Shown in pieces: positions 26,770 to 41,900 of a stretch of 64,000 bases of DNA; position 1 is the stretch's first letter; the number at the start of each line of letters is the position of its first letter. This DNA comes from Geosiphon pyriformis uo1 (taxonomy: Eukaryota > Fungi > Glomeromycota). Under the pieces are notes generated by a model. The model saw only the letters and a program-made list of their open reading frames with translations. It was not told where the DNA came from and did not search any database. The DNA lies in NCBI GenBank assembly GCA_016748015.1, contig JAAOMT010000512.1, positions 1,622,893 to 1,686,892 of the forward strand. The letters run 5' to 3'. The translations under genes were made by a program, and so were the position numbers.

Positions 26770-28020
26770 TGCTTCAAGCGGAAGCATTCAGAATGGAACA
26801 TTTTGGGATTCTTGGAAGAATCCAACGATGAAACATTCCAAAAGATGATAGATAATATATATCAAATCTCTTGAAGACATTGCTAGCTCTAAGAAAGGAA
26901 TAAGGCCTGAAAGAGCGCAGGAACTTCTTGGGAAGTAGTATGAGGCACTTTTTTTTGTTAATGGAGAGTAAAAGGCGTGGCCTAGAAACTGCTTGCTTCT
27001 TTGCCATTCAAGACTGATTGTCAAGCCAAAAACTAGTGCTGGGGCACAGAGGAACTGCTTGCTCACCTGATGTTAAAGACTTTTTTGCCGACCTGATGGG
27101 ATGGGATGGAAAATTAAGGGGGAATATATATGTTGGTAATTACTAATTCATTTTTGCAATTCCGTGCTAGAATTCTCGTCCAGATCTTCAATTGCTAAAC
27201 ATTGGGACAAGGAACGTAAATCACGCAAATTAAATGGCGGAGACACAATTCAATTATTTTCGGGGATAGTGTGAAGTTCAGTGGAGCAATAGTACCATTG
27301 TTACCTAACCCCATGACTGCGGGTTATTGGGGAATGGCTGCAGGCTGCATGTGTCCCTTTGGTACAGGTTCCTACTCCCAGAAATTTGGGTGTCATCGTC
27401 AGTGGATTTTCTAGTGTTGAAGGGAACGTATTCAATCAAAGAGATGATGAAGAAGTGGACACTTGAGTCATTTTGTGATACTCTTTTTTTCATTTAATTG
27501 CATTCTTAAATTCTATTTTCCAGAGCTCAAGGAAGCGCAAGCGAGATAATGATGGCACTATACAAGGTGAGGAGGAGGAAGATGTTGAGGACGGAGACCG
27601 AGGTATAAAGTTGATAAAATTGAAACCCACAAGTGCTATTCAAAAAATTGAAGTTTTTTCAAATCCAGATCACGATGATAGTGACGAAAGGAGCAATGCC
27701 ATTGTAGCGTCAATCTCTGCCGCGTTGGAAGTCAGGGATGATACCAACCATGGAAACAATGAAGATGAGATTGCTAATGATAGCAATGCACATTCTACGA
27801 TGTATGTCATTCGTCTATATTAAAAATGTGAATGGATGGTGAAGGTCGAGGGAATTCGTGGAATGCTGCGCGAAGTCCAGACGATGTTAAAGTCCTTTCA
27901 AGGCTCAATGGATTGTTTGATGACGACCACACATTACCAGATGTCGGCATTCCAGAGGAAGGCGATTCTCAAAATCATGACCTTGGATATGTTTTTGGGC
28001 TACTTCAGCACATGTAGGTT
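26770..28020 (+). pseudogene. Probable disrupted copy of a lineage-specific multicopy gene family
   Basis: Protein-like text across frames: KHSEWNILGFLEESNDETFQKMID / IYIKSLEDIASSKKGIRPERAQELLGK* / NSRPDL / IAKHWDKERKSRK, then acidic segments (EEEEDVEDG; DHDDSDERS). Needs frameshifts and read-through of a TAG. Confidence 0.45.
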
Positions 28021-28099
28021 AATTTGTTTAGATAGACATTTTTTTACTGACATTCATTTTAATTATTGTTTTCATGGTTAATTTATATCATGAGTTTTA

Positions 28100-30930
28100 T
28101 AATTAATTTATGTAATATTTGTCAATGTTTGCAAAATGATTTGCAGTTCAAAACTCACAAAAAGAAAAAAGTCAAAGACTTATTAAAAAATGTAAAGATT
28201 ATTTAGCCAAAAAAAATTATTAAACAAAAATATCAAGTTGGCAGAAAAACTTGTTACTGAAAAATGTTAAGACTTAATATTGTAGTGTTAATATTATTGT
28301 TTATTATAGTTATAATTGCCCAATTTTTTATATTGTTACATGTAAATTTAACAAATAGGTAAAATGTATTATCTTAGTATTTATAAAGTATATTTGTTTA
28401 ATATTTAAGATAAAATAATATGTAAACAAATTAACTATATGTTCAAAATAATTTTTTAAAAAAAATTCAAATAAATGTTTAATTTGATTTAATAATTTGT
28501 AATTATTATAATAATAATATTAAGCTTAATTTTATAGTTTAAGATATATTAAATTTAAATACAATAGCAGTTTTAACTTAATTAAAATAATAAAAGTTTA
28601 ATATTATAAATAATTTAATTTGAAAAATTTTTTATCAGTATTAATTTTGGCATATTTTAAAGTTTAGGATTTTATGCTATAAAAAATTATGCAAAAATTT
28701 AAGATTTTGTTGTTTTTAATATTAATATATTATTTTATTATATAATAATAAGTACAATTTAACTATTACTTAAAATAATATAGCTTATAATAAAATTATA
28801 AAAAACTTCAAACTTATATATTTGTTATATATAAATAATTACTTAAATTAAAGACTAATTAAACAGATAATACAAAAAAATTAATTTTTAAGTTTAAGTT
28901 TTAAAAGCCAAACTTTTAATTATAATTATATATAATATAATATTAATATATGCTTTAAAAATAAGCTGCAAAATAAATAACAATTTTATAAACACATTAA
29001 AAATATTATTATTTAAGTAAAAAACCAATTAATTACAAAAAAACATAATAAAAATATAATAACAAATAACAATATAAAAATTTAATTAAACTAAACCAAA
29101 TTAAACTTTAAATACTGTTTAAATTTAGTTCAAATTATAAATTAAATTTAAACCAAATCAAATTTTTAAAATAAGTTCAGTTTAAATACAAAATTAAATT
29201 TTTTTGGCAAGTTTAAGTTTAGTTTAGATTTGATTTAAAGTTTATAAACTTGTTTAAGTTTAATAAAATTAAAAATATATATATTATATATTATTTGTTT
29301 ATTAATTATTACTTTGTTTAATTATTATAATTAATTAAAAAATATATAAAACTATATATATATAATAATTTTATTCTTTAATTTATAAAATAAATTTATT
29401 GCTTTTTATTAAAAATTTAAAATTTAAAATAATAAAATTTAATAATTTAAATAATCTAAATATTAATATTTTTAGTAAATATAGTTTTTAAAATAAAATA
29501 TAGAATTATTTTAATAAGTTTAAGTAAACAAAAAAACAGTTAAATATATAGTTTTAAAATATGAGTATTAATAATTTTTTTATAAAATTATAAGCATTAT
29601 TAAATTTTTATAACACTATTTAAAAACTTTTTATTAAATAGTATATATTATAATAGAAAAATATTATAAAAAAAACAAAATATCCAAAAAAATTACAAAT
29701 AAAATTATTATTATTTTATGATTTTTTAACCAATCTAACTAGAAAATTATTCTAATTTTTTGTAATAACTATTATTAATATTGATAATAAAAAACTTTGT
29801 AATATTATTATTGTTAAAACACATAGTTTTTATTAATTATTATATGTATTAGTCATCAATATTATATAATTAGCCATTTTATTTTTAGATAGTAATTATT
29901 GACTTAATTATTAATTTAGTTATTAACTATTTTTAATAGCTTTATAACCAATAAGTTTCTTAGTTATAAAAAAACATAATTAAATATAAAAAATTAAAAA
30001 AATAAAATAATTATTATTATTTCAATTTTTTTTATATTGCTTATTTTTTTTTTCTTATTTTTAAGTATCTAAATATCTTAAAATAAAAAATTACTTGTTA
30101 ATATTTATTTACTTCTTTCTAATTTGTATAATTGTAGTATTTAAAAACTATTAAATAAAACATAATTGAAAAAAAACATCTAATATCTAATATTAAATTT
30201 TAAGAATATTAACATGAAACAAAAAATTAGATCAATATATTATTATTTGTTGACAATATAGACTATTTTTCTATTTTCAGATTTCCAGTTATTTTTTGAA
30301 AAGAACAATGATTAAGATATTTTATGAAACTAATCTTATATATTGAATTTATACTTATTTAATTTACTTCTTAAAATTGAATTTTTTTTGATCTATTCTA
30401 TTATTTTACAATTTTGTTTTTCTTTATTATTTATTAGTTTATTACTTTAAGTAATATTAAGTTCAAAATTTTATTTAGATTAAATTTTTAAATATTTTTT
30501 AATAACAAAGTTTTTGTTTTTATTACTGTTTATTATATCAATAATAATTAGAATTTTTAATAAAAAATAATTAATTTTGGTTTAATAAATAGATAATATG
30601 ATAAAATAAATTTTATAAATAAATTTTTTAAAGTATTAAAAAATTAAAAAATTACATAAAAAATATATATATTTTTTTTTATATAAATTTAGATTAGTTG
30701 ATAATTAATAATAAAATTAACATATTATATAACAAATTAGTATTATTTAAAACTTAAAAATATTATAATATCTATATTATTAAAAATTGTATTTTCTTTA
30801 TTATTGTTTTAAAACCAAACTTTTGGTATTAGTATTATTTAAAATTTAGAGTTATCACAGCTTTTATATTATTAAAAATCATATTTTATTAATATTAGCT
30901 TAAATAGTTTTTATTATTGCTTTAAATTAA
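28100..30930. other. Extremely AT-rich block at the gene/TE boundary
   Basis: About 2.8 kb with no ORF of 60 aa or more and almost no CpG. Similar blocks at 37680-38810, 45565-46060 and 47030-48400. Confidence 0.7.
29080..29270. repeat. Degenerate AAACTAAA/TTTAGTTT short-unit repeat cluster, related in inverted orientation to 47790-47995
   Basis: tttgatttaaagtttataaacttgtttaagttta (~29229-29262) matches the reverse complement of ~47794-47827 (tttgatttaaagtttataaatatgtttagattta). Confidence 0.5.
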
Positions 30931-31081
30931 ATTTTTTTTTATTTTTTTATTTTTTTTATTAAGTTTAATGAGCAAAGTTCAAACACTGCCTAGTGACAAT
31001 ACATCAAAATAATGATCTATATTAGGTGTGAATCATGCTTTTACTACACGTGACTAGTCATTCAAGCCAACCAGGACTATA

Positions 31082-34000
31082 CTATACACCCACGGACACA
31101 GAAACCAAATCACTTATACCTAAAAAAACCGACAGGAATCAAACCATTGTGAGGAATCAAACTGTGTTTCTTTATAAAAGCTCAATATTTAGAATAGACC
31201 AGCCAAATATCATTCCTAAAAGACAAGCACAAACTGCGAACAAACTCAACCACCTTATCAGATGTAGTTTTAGAGTTATCAAAGCAAGAAGCGGTCTCTT
31301 AGTACTAATCCACAAGCACAAAATCTTTGCACAGAGAAGCAACCAAACCCAAATCAGTTAAACAATCAAATAACATTTGTGATACAAGAAATGAGGCATG
31401 AGATAAACCAGAAACAACTCTCCAAGCAGAAGCAAAATCAACGAACAATTGGAGCCAAACAGCTGCATCAAATGCACAAGAGAACACATGGTCCAACACT
31501 TTAACATCGCCACAATACAAACATACCACACTGGGGTAATGTTTATCATAGAGGCATTTGTAAATAGCAATAGGCAGTCTATAATGTAAAGCCTTCATAA
31601 AATAGGAATGGGAGCCAGCAGAGTGGCGACTCGTAAAGCCAGTAGTTATATGAGAGTCAAGATGCCAAACAAGGGACAATCTAAACCAATCAACATTCAA
31701 AAGCAGACGACTGTTCACAATTTTGATGCCAGAGCCTAATTCCCAGCATATGTGATGGATAAACTGAAAAACATTATGAACAAATTGTTGAGAGTTACTG
31801 CCATTTGCCAAAATAAAACACTCCTTGAGCCAGGAGGAGAGGAGTCAGCCTGAATGAAAAAAAACACCAGCAAGCAAATCAGTCTGTACATTACTCATAA
31901 CACTTGAGTGTCTTTTAATCTTATATCAGCCAACATTTAAATTTCTTTTATATATGATGTCAGCAATGTGTAGATGTTCGACCCAATATTTGTTCTGGAA
32001 ATCTGAAACCAAAAACAATAATTCAGCTCTACACACATTCAAGGCAGCTTGGCTGTCAGAGAATAAACAGACTGAACTCGAATTAAGCACACACTCAAGA
32101 GCCAACACTATGACTTGAAGCTCTGCCAACGTAAAAAACACCATACTGGTTACTTCCATTCCAAGACTTAAGTTAATGTCCTCAAAGAACACAGCAGCAT
32201 CAGCTTTCATATTAACACTCCCTAGGCCACAAAAAGAACCATCTATGTACACAGAAAAGCCAAAGACACCAATGCTAGACAATTGATCATGTACTGTTCT
32301 AAACTTATGAGATTCAAGAATGTTCTTCGCAACAGCACCATTTGAAAGGAAAAAACAAACATCAAGAGAACCAAAATTATGGAGATGCCAAATGACAGCA
32401 CCAAACCAGACAAGAACAGGACCACATGGGTCAAGTCTCTTCTACCATTTGAAAGTCTTCTAGTCAAAAACAGCCCCATCATGGCACCAAAACTGCTCAA
32501 CAAAAGCAATTCCATAACAACAAAGAGAGAGAAGGCACCTGAAATACATAGACTCACCAAGGACACCAAATAAAAAAGTCTCACATTGGAAGTAAAAAGC
32601 ATTACACTTAAGATTGCCCAAAGATAAACCAGAACTAAGAAAAACCCAAACCACACCTATCAGAAAGTTGTTCAAAGGATTAACACTAATGCAAACAATA
32701 GAGCACAAAAAATGTACTGGACACCAACTTACAACTTGCAAGTCATGTGACCTATGCTTGAACAATAGACATAAACTGAATTTTATTTTAATTCATTGGC
32801 CCAAAACCCCAACAGAGTTAGTAAAACACATCACAGCAGTGACTTTGCCTTCAGCTTGGATCTGCTTAAAAGTCTTTAAGCTATAAAATGAAGAATGGTG
32901 CAAAACATCATTAGAAAAGTCCAGAAGCAGACCCAATTTCAATTTCAGGCCCTTCTAAATTAAAACATCTCACTTTTAGCACACACTAGCAGAAATAAAG
33001 CTAAATTAGGTCTTATAACCAATAATAGAATGAAAAACAGCCAAAACCAAATAGGAAAACTGTTTGTCCAAAATAGCTTTCCTTAGAACAAAATTGGCAA
33101 AAAATCATACATCCAAATGCACTTTAGCCAAACTAGGCTTAGATAACCTATTAGAGGAAAAAAAAATTTCCAGATATCGATGAGATGTTCTTTTTTTGGT
33201 GATAGAAATAGGGACACCACAGACAGATAAAAAAAGAGCCACCACTCTGCAATTAATTGGGATTGCTACAGTTTTGTTATTGTTGATCGAGATATTATTT
33301 ATCCTAAAAAATTCACCAATAACGTTAAGAATGTGTTGTATAGCCACCTGACTAGAACCAACCCATATAGTATTATCGACAAATACACTCACAGCAAGAA
33401 AAGAGGTCAAATTATCTTGAGAATCAACACAACCAGACTTGACAACATAATGCAAATTTAGCTTATAACCACACACTGCCTCTTGTCTTTTTACCTCACA
33501 CAGCAAAGTGTTGTAAAAAATACACCAAAGGAGAGGCAAGAATACTTCCTCCTGATTTAAGCCATCATGAACACTATACCCATCAGTCAGCCCAAAATTG
33601 GTCATCACTCTGTTCATGCAGCCATTGTGAATACTCCCAAAAAATCTTATAAATCTATTGCACATTTTGATTCTGACCAAACTTCTCCTCAAATGTTTCC
33701 AACCAATCGAGTCATACACTTTCCTTATGTCTTGCAAAACTAATCAAAGTTCACAATTCTTTTCCAAAGCATCTTCAACCACCAAACCAATAGTGAAAAT
33801 AGGAGACTGCATTGTTGTACCTTTAAGAACTGAGAAGTTGTTATTATGAAAAACGTCATACTTACTACATGCCACAGAGATTTTATCAGAGAAAATTTTA
33901 GAAAGAATCTTATGGACAGTTTCAATCAGTGCTATGGGTTGGGTGTTTGTAAGAACCCTCTCCCAGTCATAGGGTTTAGGAATTATAGACACCCAGGCCT

Positions 34001-35687
34001 TCTTCCAAGGACCCAGAACAGATTTACAAATTAAACAAGAGTTCAAAAGCACCAAAAGCGAATCCAGAACAGACCTGTTGCAATGTTTCCATAGTTATTT
34101 TGTAATACCAAAAAGACCAGCAGCTTTATTATCAGGCAAACCTAAAACCACACCAAGAAAATCTTCCACCACAATTGGGTGCATGACATTCAAAAAGGTA
34201 TCATCAAAGACATATTCTAAGGATTGAAATTGGTGACACCATTCATCCGAAATGTTGTCAGCCATCACATGCTTTCTAGTTCAGCCCTCCATAATTCTAT
34301 TGACATGACTCTTGACCAAACTAGGCTCCAAAATAAGATCTTCATCCACAACCAAGTGATCCAATGTGACTTTGCAAAATGGCCATTCAAGTACACTTCT
34401 AATAGTTTGGCCTTTATTTAACTCAAAGTTTTCTATTCTTTTGTCAATTGCTAGCCTAATTTGAGAGTCCCTAGCACGTTTTGATTCCATTATTTTGAGG
34501 GAACAATAAGACTTTCTAATTTTTGCCAAAGCTGATCTAATAACATTAAAATAAAATTCCAAAAGAAAAAGAGATTTGATAATAGAAGCATTAACAAAGT
34601 CCAAAAACACCCAAACATCTAACAAGGAGATGAATTCAATTGACAACACAGAACATGAAGCCTTTACCAATTTAGAAACCAAAAGTTCTAATCTATAATA
34701 ATGGAAAGAGCTTTTGGTAAAACCACCATCAAAATCTTTAGACCAGGTCTTTGAGAAAACTTCATTCACTAAAAAACAAACAGCTTTGCAAATAACACTC
34801 CACATGCTATCCAGATCAGACAAGCTATGAAAGTCTGTAAACTCATCAGAAAACATGGCAAAATTATCATGAGATGCAATTCTATACTGCTCCCATTTAA
34901 TCTTATCAGCATTTTTGACATTAAACCTCCACTTGTCTTTATTGGCTTGAACACGAATAGCCCTTAAAACAGGATCCAAAATTCTACCAAGACTAATTGT
35001 AATTTGAACAGAACTATGATCAGTATTAAAGAATTTATCCACATTAACAACACACCTCTTTACTAAAGCATTACTCAAACTTTGGGAAACAAAAATATAA
35101 TCAATGGTCCTCTTAATACCCCTGGAATTCCTTCAAGTAGAAGCTTTAATGTGAGAACTGTTAACCAATGTATTAACTAGACCAAAATCTGCACACTTAC
35201 TAAAGCTAGAGCTATGTTTGTTCCCATTCTCATTGAAATCACCACCCAAAATAACAAAAATACTTTCATTAAAAGCTCTGGCTATAAAGGAATTGACGAG
35301 ACCAGCCTGAATTATACACTTATCCAGAGAAGTCTCCGCATATAAACCCAACACAAAAACAGATTGTTTGTTTTTGAATAACAAATGGATCATTAAAAGT
35401 CTGTCCAGAATCTCAAAGATTTTTGAAACATGTTTGGCTAATTTCTCATTTATAATTAAAGCCATGCCCGCACCCAAAAACCCAGCATCCAGACCTAAAG
35501 TAAACATCCTCACACCAAGAAACTTATTTACAATCCAAGGCTTGACACTAGAACAAAGCTTAGTCTCAGTAACTATTGAAATATCATTATTTGAAACCAT
35601 GTGTCATCTAATAATGTCATCCTGCTTGGCAGAAACATTCATACCTCTAACATTACAAGTAGCAATTTTCCAAGCTAAACTACTCAT
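31082..35687 (-). pseudogene. LINE A ORF2: APE endonuclease - reverse transcriptase - RNase H - C-terminal Zn finger
   Basis: WKIATCNVRG, ETKL, GGDFNE (APE); IPKPYDW, QDIRKVYDSIGW, GLNQEEVFLPLLW, FVDN (decayed FVDD); YIDGS, AELQ, SDSQAA (RNase H); CLYC...H...C. Many nonsense codons. Confidence 0.9.
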
Positions 35688-37513
35688 TGAGAAAGGAAAG
35701 GGATTACCATACCACTGCCAGAACCAAAAGAGTCCAATTTATTCAATATTGTCTTGACTGAATTCTCCAGAACCACCAGATTAGCCTCCAGGCCACCCAC
35801 TTTCATAGTTAAAACATGAGCACCACTTGGAGAAATTTCTTAGGAGACAGCAGTGACCACACTAGGCACAGGAAGAACAAACAATGAAATGTCAATAGCC
35901 ATGTCCAGCACAAGATTATGTTCAGAAGAGGGTGGAACAGCAAAATTTGCTGACAAAACAGCCAGCAGCCTGTCCAGTTTACGTGAAATGTCTGCCACCT
36001 GATCCAACACATTCTCAAGTGAATGCTTGAGAACACTAACATGCAAAGCCAGAATCATAACCATAGGCATTGAACCATCGACTGAACCTATGCTCAAATT
36101 GTTCTCAATAAGCAGTATAGAAAATGAATTTTTAGGGGAGCCACTTACCACAGAAGCCCAAGTCATACCACTGAAAAATACTGGATGAGATATGAGTGTC
36201 TGCTTTTTGGCATAAATAAGCACAAGGCACCTTTTATCCGAATCAGAACAGAGAAATTTTTTTTTCCTGGAATTCTGCCCACTGTCTTTCTCACCACTTT
36301 CACAGCCAGATGAAACGTGACCAAAATTCTCATATGTAGTATACTTAGGAGAAGACAAACCAGTCCAAATGAGGTTAACACCCCTAAACACTGGTATAGA
36401 GCAAACGGCAGCTTCTTTGACATCATCAGAATCAAAACATATGACAGCACAATGAGCTCGTGTGTAAGATACCAAATTTCTAGAAATATAGCAAGTTTTC
36501 CGACCATATAACTGGACCAAGTCTAAGAGATTGTGGGCAGTCATGCCTATCAGCAGAGTGTATAGGAGAACACAATAGCTGTCCCTTAAATCCCACATTT
36601 GTTTGTTGGTATTGGCTTTGGCAACATGCACTGAATTTTTATCTAACAAGATTGACTATTTGGATGCAACCAGGTCAGCGACCTGAAAACTCTCGAACTC
36701 CACTAGCGCTTTCTGCCAGAGGCCAATAAGCTGCATTTTAATTGAAAAAATTTTTCTATACTTAACCAAAGCAGATTTGATTGCTGATTTGGGCAAATTG
36801 ACCAGAATCTCCTTAATAACAATTTTCCAATCTGAACGTATGCCAATTTTCTTAAGATCAGTGTTGATAACAAGATTCTTAGACACAGCCAATTGTTTAG
36901 CCATAGTGAAACTGGAATCAGATGTAAAAAACACCTGAACAATGCCTGGAAATTTTGAAGGAGTTGATGCACCTCTAAAACCATCAATTTTGTAGAAAAG
37001 TGACCTGACATCCTTGAGTTTGTCACATAAAGTACTTCCAAGAACAGCCAACAGACCAATGTTGAGTGCAAAGAATTTGGTAGGTTTAAAACAAAGCTTT
37101 TTTTTGACAGAAGTAATAGGACAATGAGAGAGTTTCAAAGAAACAGAAGGAGATAAGCCCATATTGAAGTCATTAATGGCTGAGCCAAAATCACAGAGGC
37201 CCAGAGATAGAGCATTCACCATACCAGAGTTAAAATATTTTGCCTTTGGGATGTTGGTACAAGAGTCCAACTGCTCATCACTCTTATTGTCAGCACTATA
37301 GCCCATGTTTTTGCCTATCTCGCACTCCAACTTTCCATCATAAGAAGTATTCATATTCTCATATCAACTGGGAGTGCTTGCAGGTAGTTTGTAAGTTAAA
37401 TCAGTTTTGTCACCCGAGTGTTTGATTTTGCCAAGTAAAACCTTAGGTTTTTGCCTCAGACTTCCACTCATAGAGCTTGCAGTGGCATCTCTGGCCAATT
37501 TCTTCATGAACAT
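35684..37513 (-). pseudogene. LINE A ORF1 (RRM-like nucleic-acid chaperone with decayed CCHC knuckle and coiled coil)
   Basis: ORFs 36656-37354 and 35840-36649 with VIKEI.VNLPKSAI, IKMQLIGLWQKALVEF and FGHVSSGC, homologous to ORF1 of copies B and D. Confidence 0.8.
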
Positions 37514-38943
37514 AATGTTAACAGCATCAGATGTCAAAGGAATAATGAAGAGATTGGTGAGTTAAAAAATTGTGAAAACTGAGCAAAATAAAAAATAAAA
37601 ACAGATAAAAAACCAAAAAACTTCTTTCAGAAAATGCACTATTTTAGGAATTTGGAATGTAGGAAAGAAAGAAGTTTTTATTAAATTTTTAACCAAAAAA
37701 ATTAAAAAAGCAGTTTAAAAAAAATCACATTTATTTTTTTTATATGATTTTATCATTAATTTTATTAATTATTAAATTAAATTTTTTTAATAACTTCTTG
37801 CTATTATTTTAAATAATATTACAAATAATAATATTTTTAAAAGAAAGTTAAAAAGAAAATTAAAAGAAAAAACATTTAATAAAACTTAAAACACTTTTAA
37901 TTTTAATGCTATTTTATTATTAATTCTATTGTTAATAGAAGCTGATAAATCTTTAATAAGCTAATTTTTCTTCCAAAGTATCTTTTTATATTTTAAACTG
38001 TATATATTATTGAGCTTATAATAAAATAAATAATTCTGTATTAATTACTTGTGTAATTATTTTGTGATAAAAATTAACTCTTTTACAGAAAAATTTTGTC
38101 TGTAAGCTTTTCAAATAATATGTAGTTACTTTGCTGTAAAAGTCAACTCTTTTATAAAAAATCTTAATTATAGACTATCTAATAATATAAAAAAAAATAA
38201 AAAAAATAAACCAAGAAAAAAAAATTAAAATATGTTCAAAAAAATTATTTTGGATTTAGGTTTAAAAATTATTAATAATTACTAAAATTAGTAATTAATC
38301 AATTTCAAAATATTAATATTGAACAATTAATTTTAAAATAATAATAATTAAGAAATTGGTTTTTTAAAAATAGATTTTATTGGATTGATTTGTAAGAAAA
38401 CTAATTCAGAACTGATTTTAATTCTAAAAAAAATATTTTTAGCAAAGATATATTTTTTTAAAAAAAGAAGCTTTTTTTTTATACAACTTATTATAATATT
38501 ATTTTATAATCTAACACTTTTTTTTCTTTAATATTTTAGTAAACTAATGATACATTTCATTAAACTACAAATTATTTTTGCAAACTATAAATTATTTTAG
38601 TAAATTGTTAAATATTTTGTCGAATTATTAAATATTTCAGTAAATTTTAAATGTTACAAAATTCAATGTATTATATGATCTGATTATTACAATTTAGTTA
38701 TATTTGTGTTTTATACAAATTAAATTATTTATTAAATAATAATTTGGTTAATTTGATAATAATAAGTAATAAATTAAAATAATAATATATGCTACTTAAT
38801 AATAGAAATTTTTTTTTTATATTATTTTAACAAATGAGGCCCAAATGCCACCTAATGCAATACATCAAACTAAGTGATCTAAACTAGGCACAAATCATGC
38901 ACTTTCTACACGTAACCAGCCACTCAGACTGATCAGAGCAACA

Positions 38944-41900
38944 CTATGAATCTATCAGAACAGAAACCATATTATTTACACCAGAAAAAAAACAACAACA
39001 TTTATAAAAACCAAAACAAACACCAAGTGTCTTAGCAATCTTAAGCAATCTAATCACCCCAGCTGAAAACATACATGACAAACCATGAGTCACAAAATAC
39101 ACAAAACTATTAAGCAGAATTAAACCACTCTTTTTTATTAAAGCCCTATATTTAGCTCTAACCAACCAAATATTTATGTGATGGACAGCACCCAATTTCC
39201 AAACAAAATCAACAATAAACTTTCCCACAGTTTTGGCATCACCCAGAACAGACATAGCTTCCTGAACCCAATCTTTGAACAAAAAGTTTTTGTCCACAAT
39301 GGTATATAACATATCATCAGTCATACACAAAGAAAGCACCTGCAAAATGTGAAATAAAGATAAACCCAAATCAGACACACAATGCCACTTGGCCAGATGA
39401 GATGCAAAAATGCTCTTATGGGCATCAGAGTCAAATGTACAAACAAAAGAATGATCGGAACTTTTCATATTACCATAGTGTAGACATGAAACACTTGGGT
39501 AAATCTTACTATACAAACACTTCTGCATAGCAACTAGTAGATGGCAGTAGAAGGCTTTTAAAAAATAAGAGCGCAAACTAGCCATAAATTTGCTGATAAA
39601 GCTGGCCACCATATGGGAATCAAGGTGTCACACCAAAGTAGTACAAGACCAATCCATATCACCAAGTAAACTGTTATCAATAACATTAGAACCAGGACCA
39701 ATTTCCTAATAAGTACAATTAACAGACCTAAAAATCTCATGAGCAAAATGACAAATATTTCCAGATACCACTACTCTACCAGTCTTAATAAACCTCTCTT
39801 TAACCAAAACAAAAAATACCAGATCAGAATCTGCAGCCAGACTGGCTAACTCATCAGCATGCTCATTACTTACAACACCTGAATGTCCTTTAACCTTGCA
39901 CCAAGAAATGTCAAGCCACTTTCTCTTAATCAAATTAATAATGCCACGCCGCTCCATCCAGCAGTGGTTGCAGAAGTCCAGAGACATCAGAGCTGATTCA
40001 GCCACACAAGCATCCAGGGCAGCCTGACTGTTTGAATAAACTATTACTAAACTGTTAGGAGGAACACACTCCAAAGCTAAAGCAATTGCCTGTAATTCCA
40101 CCATAGTTGAAGATACTAATCCATCAACCCTAGCACCAATACCCAGATCTAAATCAGGAAAGTAAGCAGCAGCACCACATTTTATCTTACATAAACCCAA
40201 ATTCTTCAATGATTCATTTGTGTAAACACTAATAACTCTCATATCAGCAAAATAGAGACATTGACCCAAACTGAAAATCTCACCTGTGCTGTAAACATCC
40301 AGAGCCTGCAAACCTGCATTACACAAGTCATCAGATAGAAAAAAATGCTCCAAAAAGCCACAAGCCAGAGTGAACCAATAAAAGACTGGGCCCCTTGAAT
40401 TGAGTTTCTTCCAATGTCAAAAGCTTTTCCAATCAAAAACCAAACTTTTTTTAGTGTACAACTGCTTAGTGAAGGCAATTCCAGATCTTTTAAGAGAGAG
40501 AAAAACATCATAAAACAAAGAGATTCCCAGGACTGTAGACATTGGTGTCCCACCAGAAAAGCAGAATGTAGTAACAAAAAGATTGCCAAAAGACATATCA
40601 TAGTCCAAAAAAATCCTAATAACACCTGCCAAAAAATTATTAACTAGACTAACTTGCAACTTAACCAGATGACATAAAGGGTGAATAGGCAACCAACCCA
40701 GAACTTGAAGGTCTAAAGACTTATGATTAAATAAACGACCAAGAACACCACCAGTATTTGAAAAACATAGCACAGAAGCCATCTTGCATTTAGTCTGCAA
40801 CTGTTCAAAAAATTTCAAGTCATACAAAAACAGATAGTGAAGAGCCTTATTGGGAAAGTCTCTTGGAAGTCCAGACTTAAGTCTCAAGTCTCTCCTAATC
40901 AACATATTCCACTTCATACACATATTCCTAAAAATGAAACTGAACTGAGTTCTATAATTGACAATGGGTTGTAATACAGCTAACACTAAATAAAAAAACT
41001 GCTTGTTTAAAATACCCTTCTTTAGAACCAAATTGACAAAAAACCTGATGTTCACATGCATCTTAGCCAAACTGGATTTGGACAAACTCTCAGACGACAA
41101 ATAAATGCCAAGGTACTGATGAGACTCTTTCTTGTGAGTAACTGAAATCAGCAAACCACTAATTGACAATAACACATTACCAACTTTCTGATTGATAGGA
41201 ATGGCCACAGTTTTTTCATTATTGATTGAAATGTTATTTACCATGTAGAATTCACTTGCTATATCCAAAATATACTGAATAGTGATCTGACTGCTACCCA
41301 CTCAAATAGTGTCATCAACAAATGCATTAGCAGCTAGAAACAAAGTCAAACTGTTTTGGTTTTCCACTTTATCTGTTCTAGCAACAAATTTAGTATCAAT
41401 TCAGTATTCATACAAACTTTTCTGCCTCTTGACCTTACATAAAAGAGGATTATAAAAGATCTTCTATAACAAAGGAGAGAAAATCTCACCCTGGTTAAGA
41501 CTATCATGTACCTGGTACCTATTAGTCAGACCAAAATTGGTCATAACATGATTAACACGATCATTGTAAATAGAACCAAAAAATCTAATAAAATGTCCAC
41601 ATATTTTGATTTGAACCAAACTATTATGTAAGTAATGCCAACTTACAAAGTTATAGGCTTTATGCATATCCTATAACACAAATCAAAGTTCATGATCCTT
41701 CTCCAAAGTGTCTTTAACAACCAAACCAATGGTGAAAATAAGAGACTGAGTAGTAGTACTCTTAAGCACAGAAAAATTGTCCCCACAAAGAACATTAAAT
41801 AGACAGCATGTTGACAAAATCCTATCAAAGAGCAACTTAGAAAGAATCTTACATGCAGTCTCAATTAAAGTGATCAGCCTAGTATTTGTTAAAATGTCTT

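Larger units (their letters stand above)
30932..37679 (-). mobile_element. Full-length degenerate non-LTR retrotransposon (LINE copy A)
   Basis: Poly(A) tail (T-run 30932-30960), 3'UTR, ORF2 with APE/RT/RNase H/CCHC, ORF1, and a 5' end marked by a 13-bp inverted repeat. Confidence 0.92.

Noticed and set aside
38850-38943. Hammerhead ribozyme or SECIS in the LINE 3'UTR (CTGA...GAAA)
   Set aside because: The CUGAnGA core and three-stem layout, or the SECIS quartet, are not conserved across the four copies. Reported only as a stem-loop.
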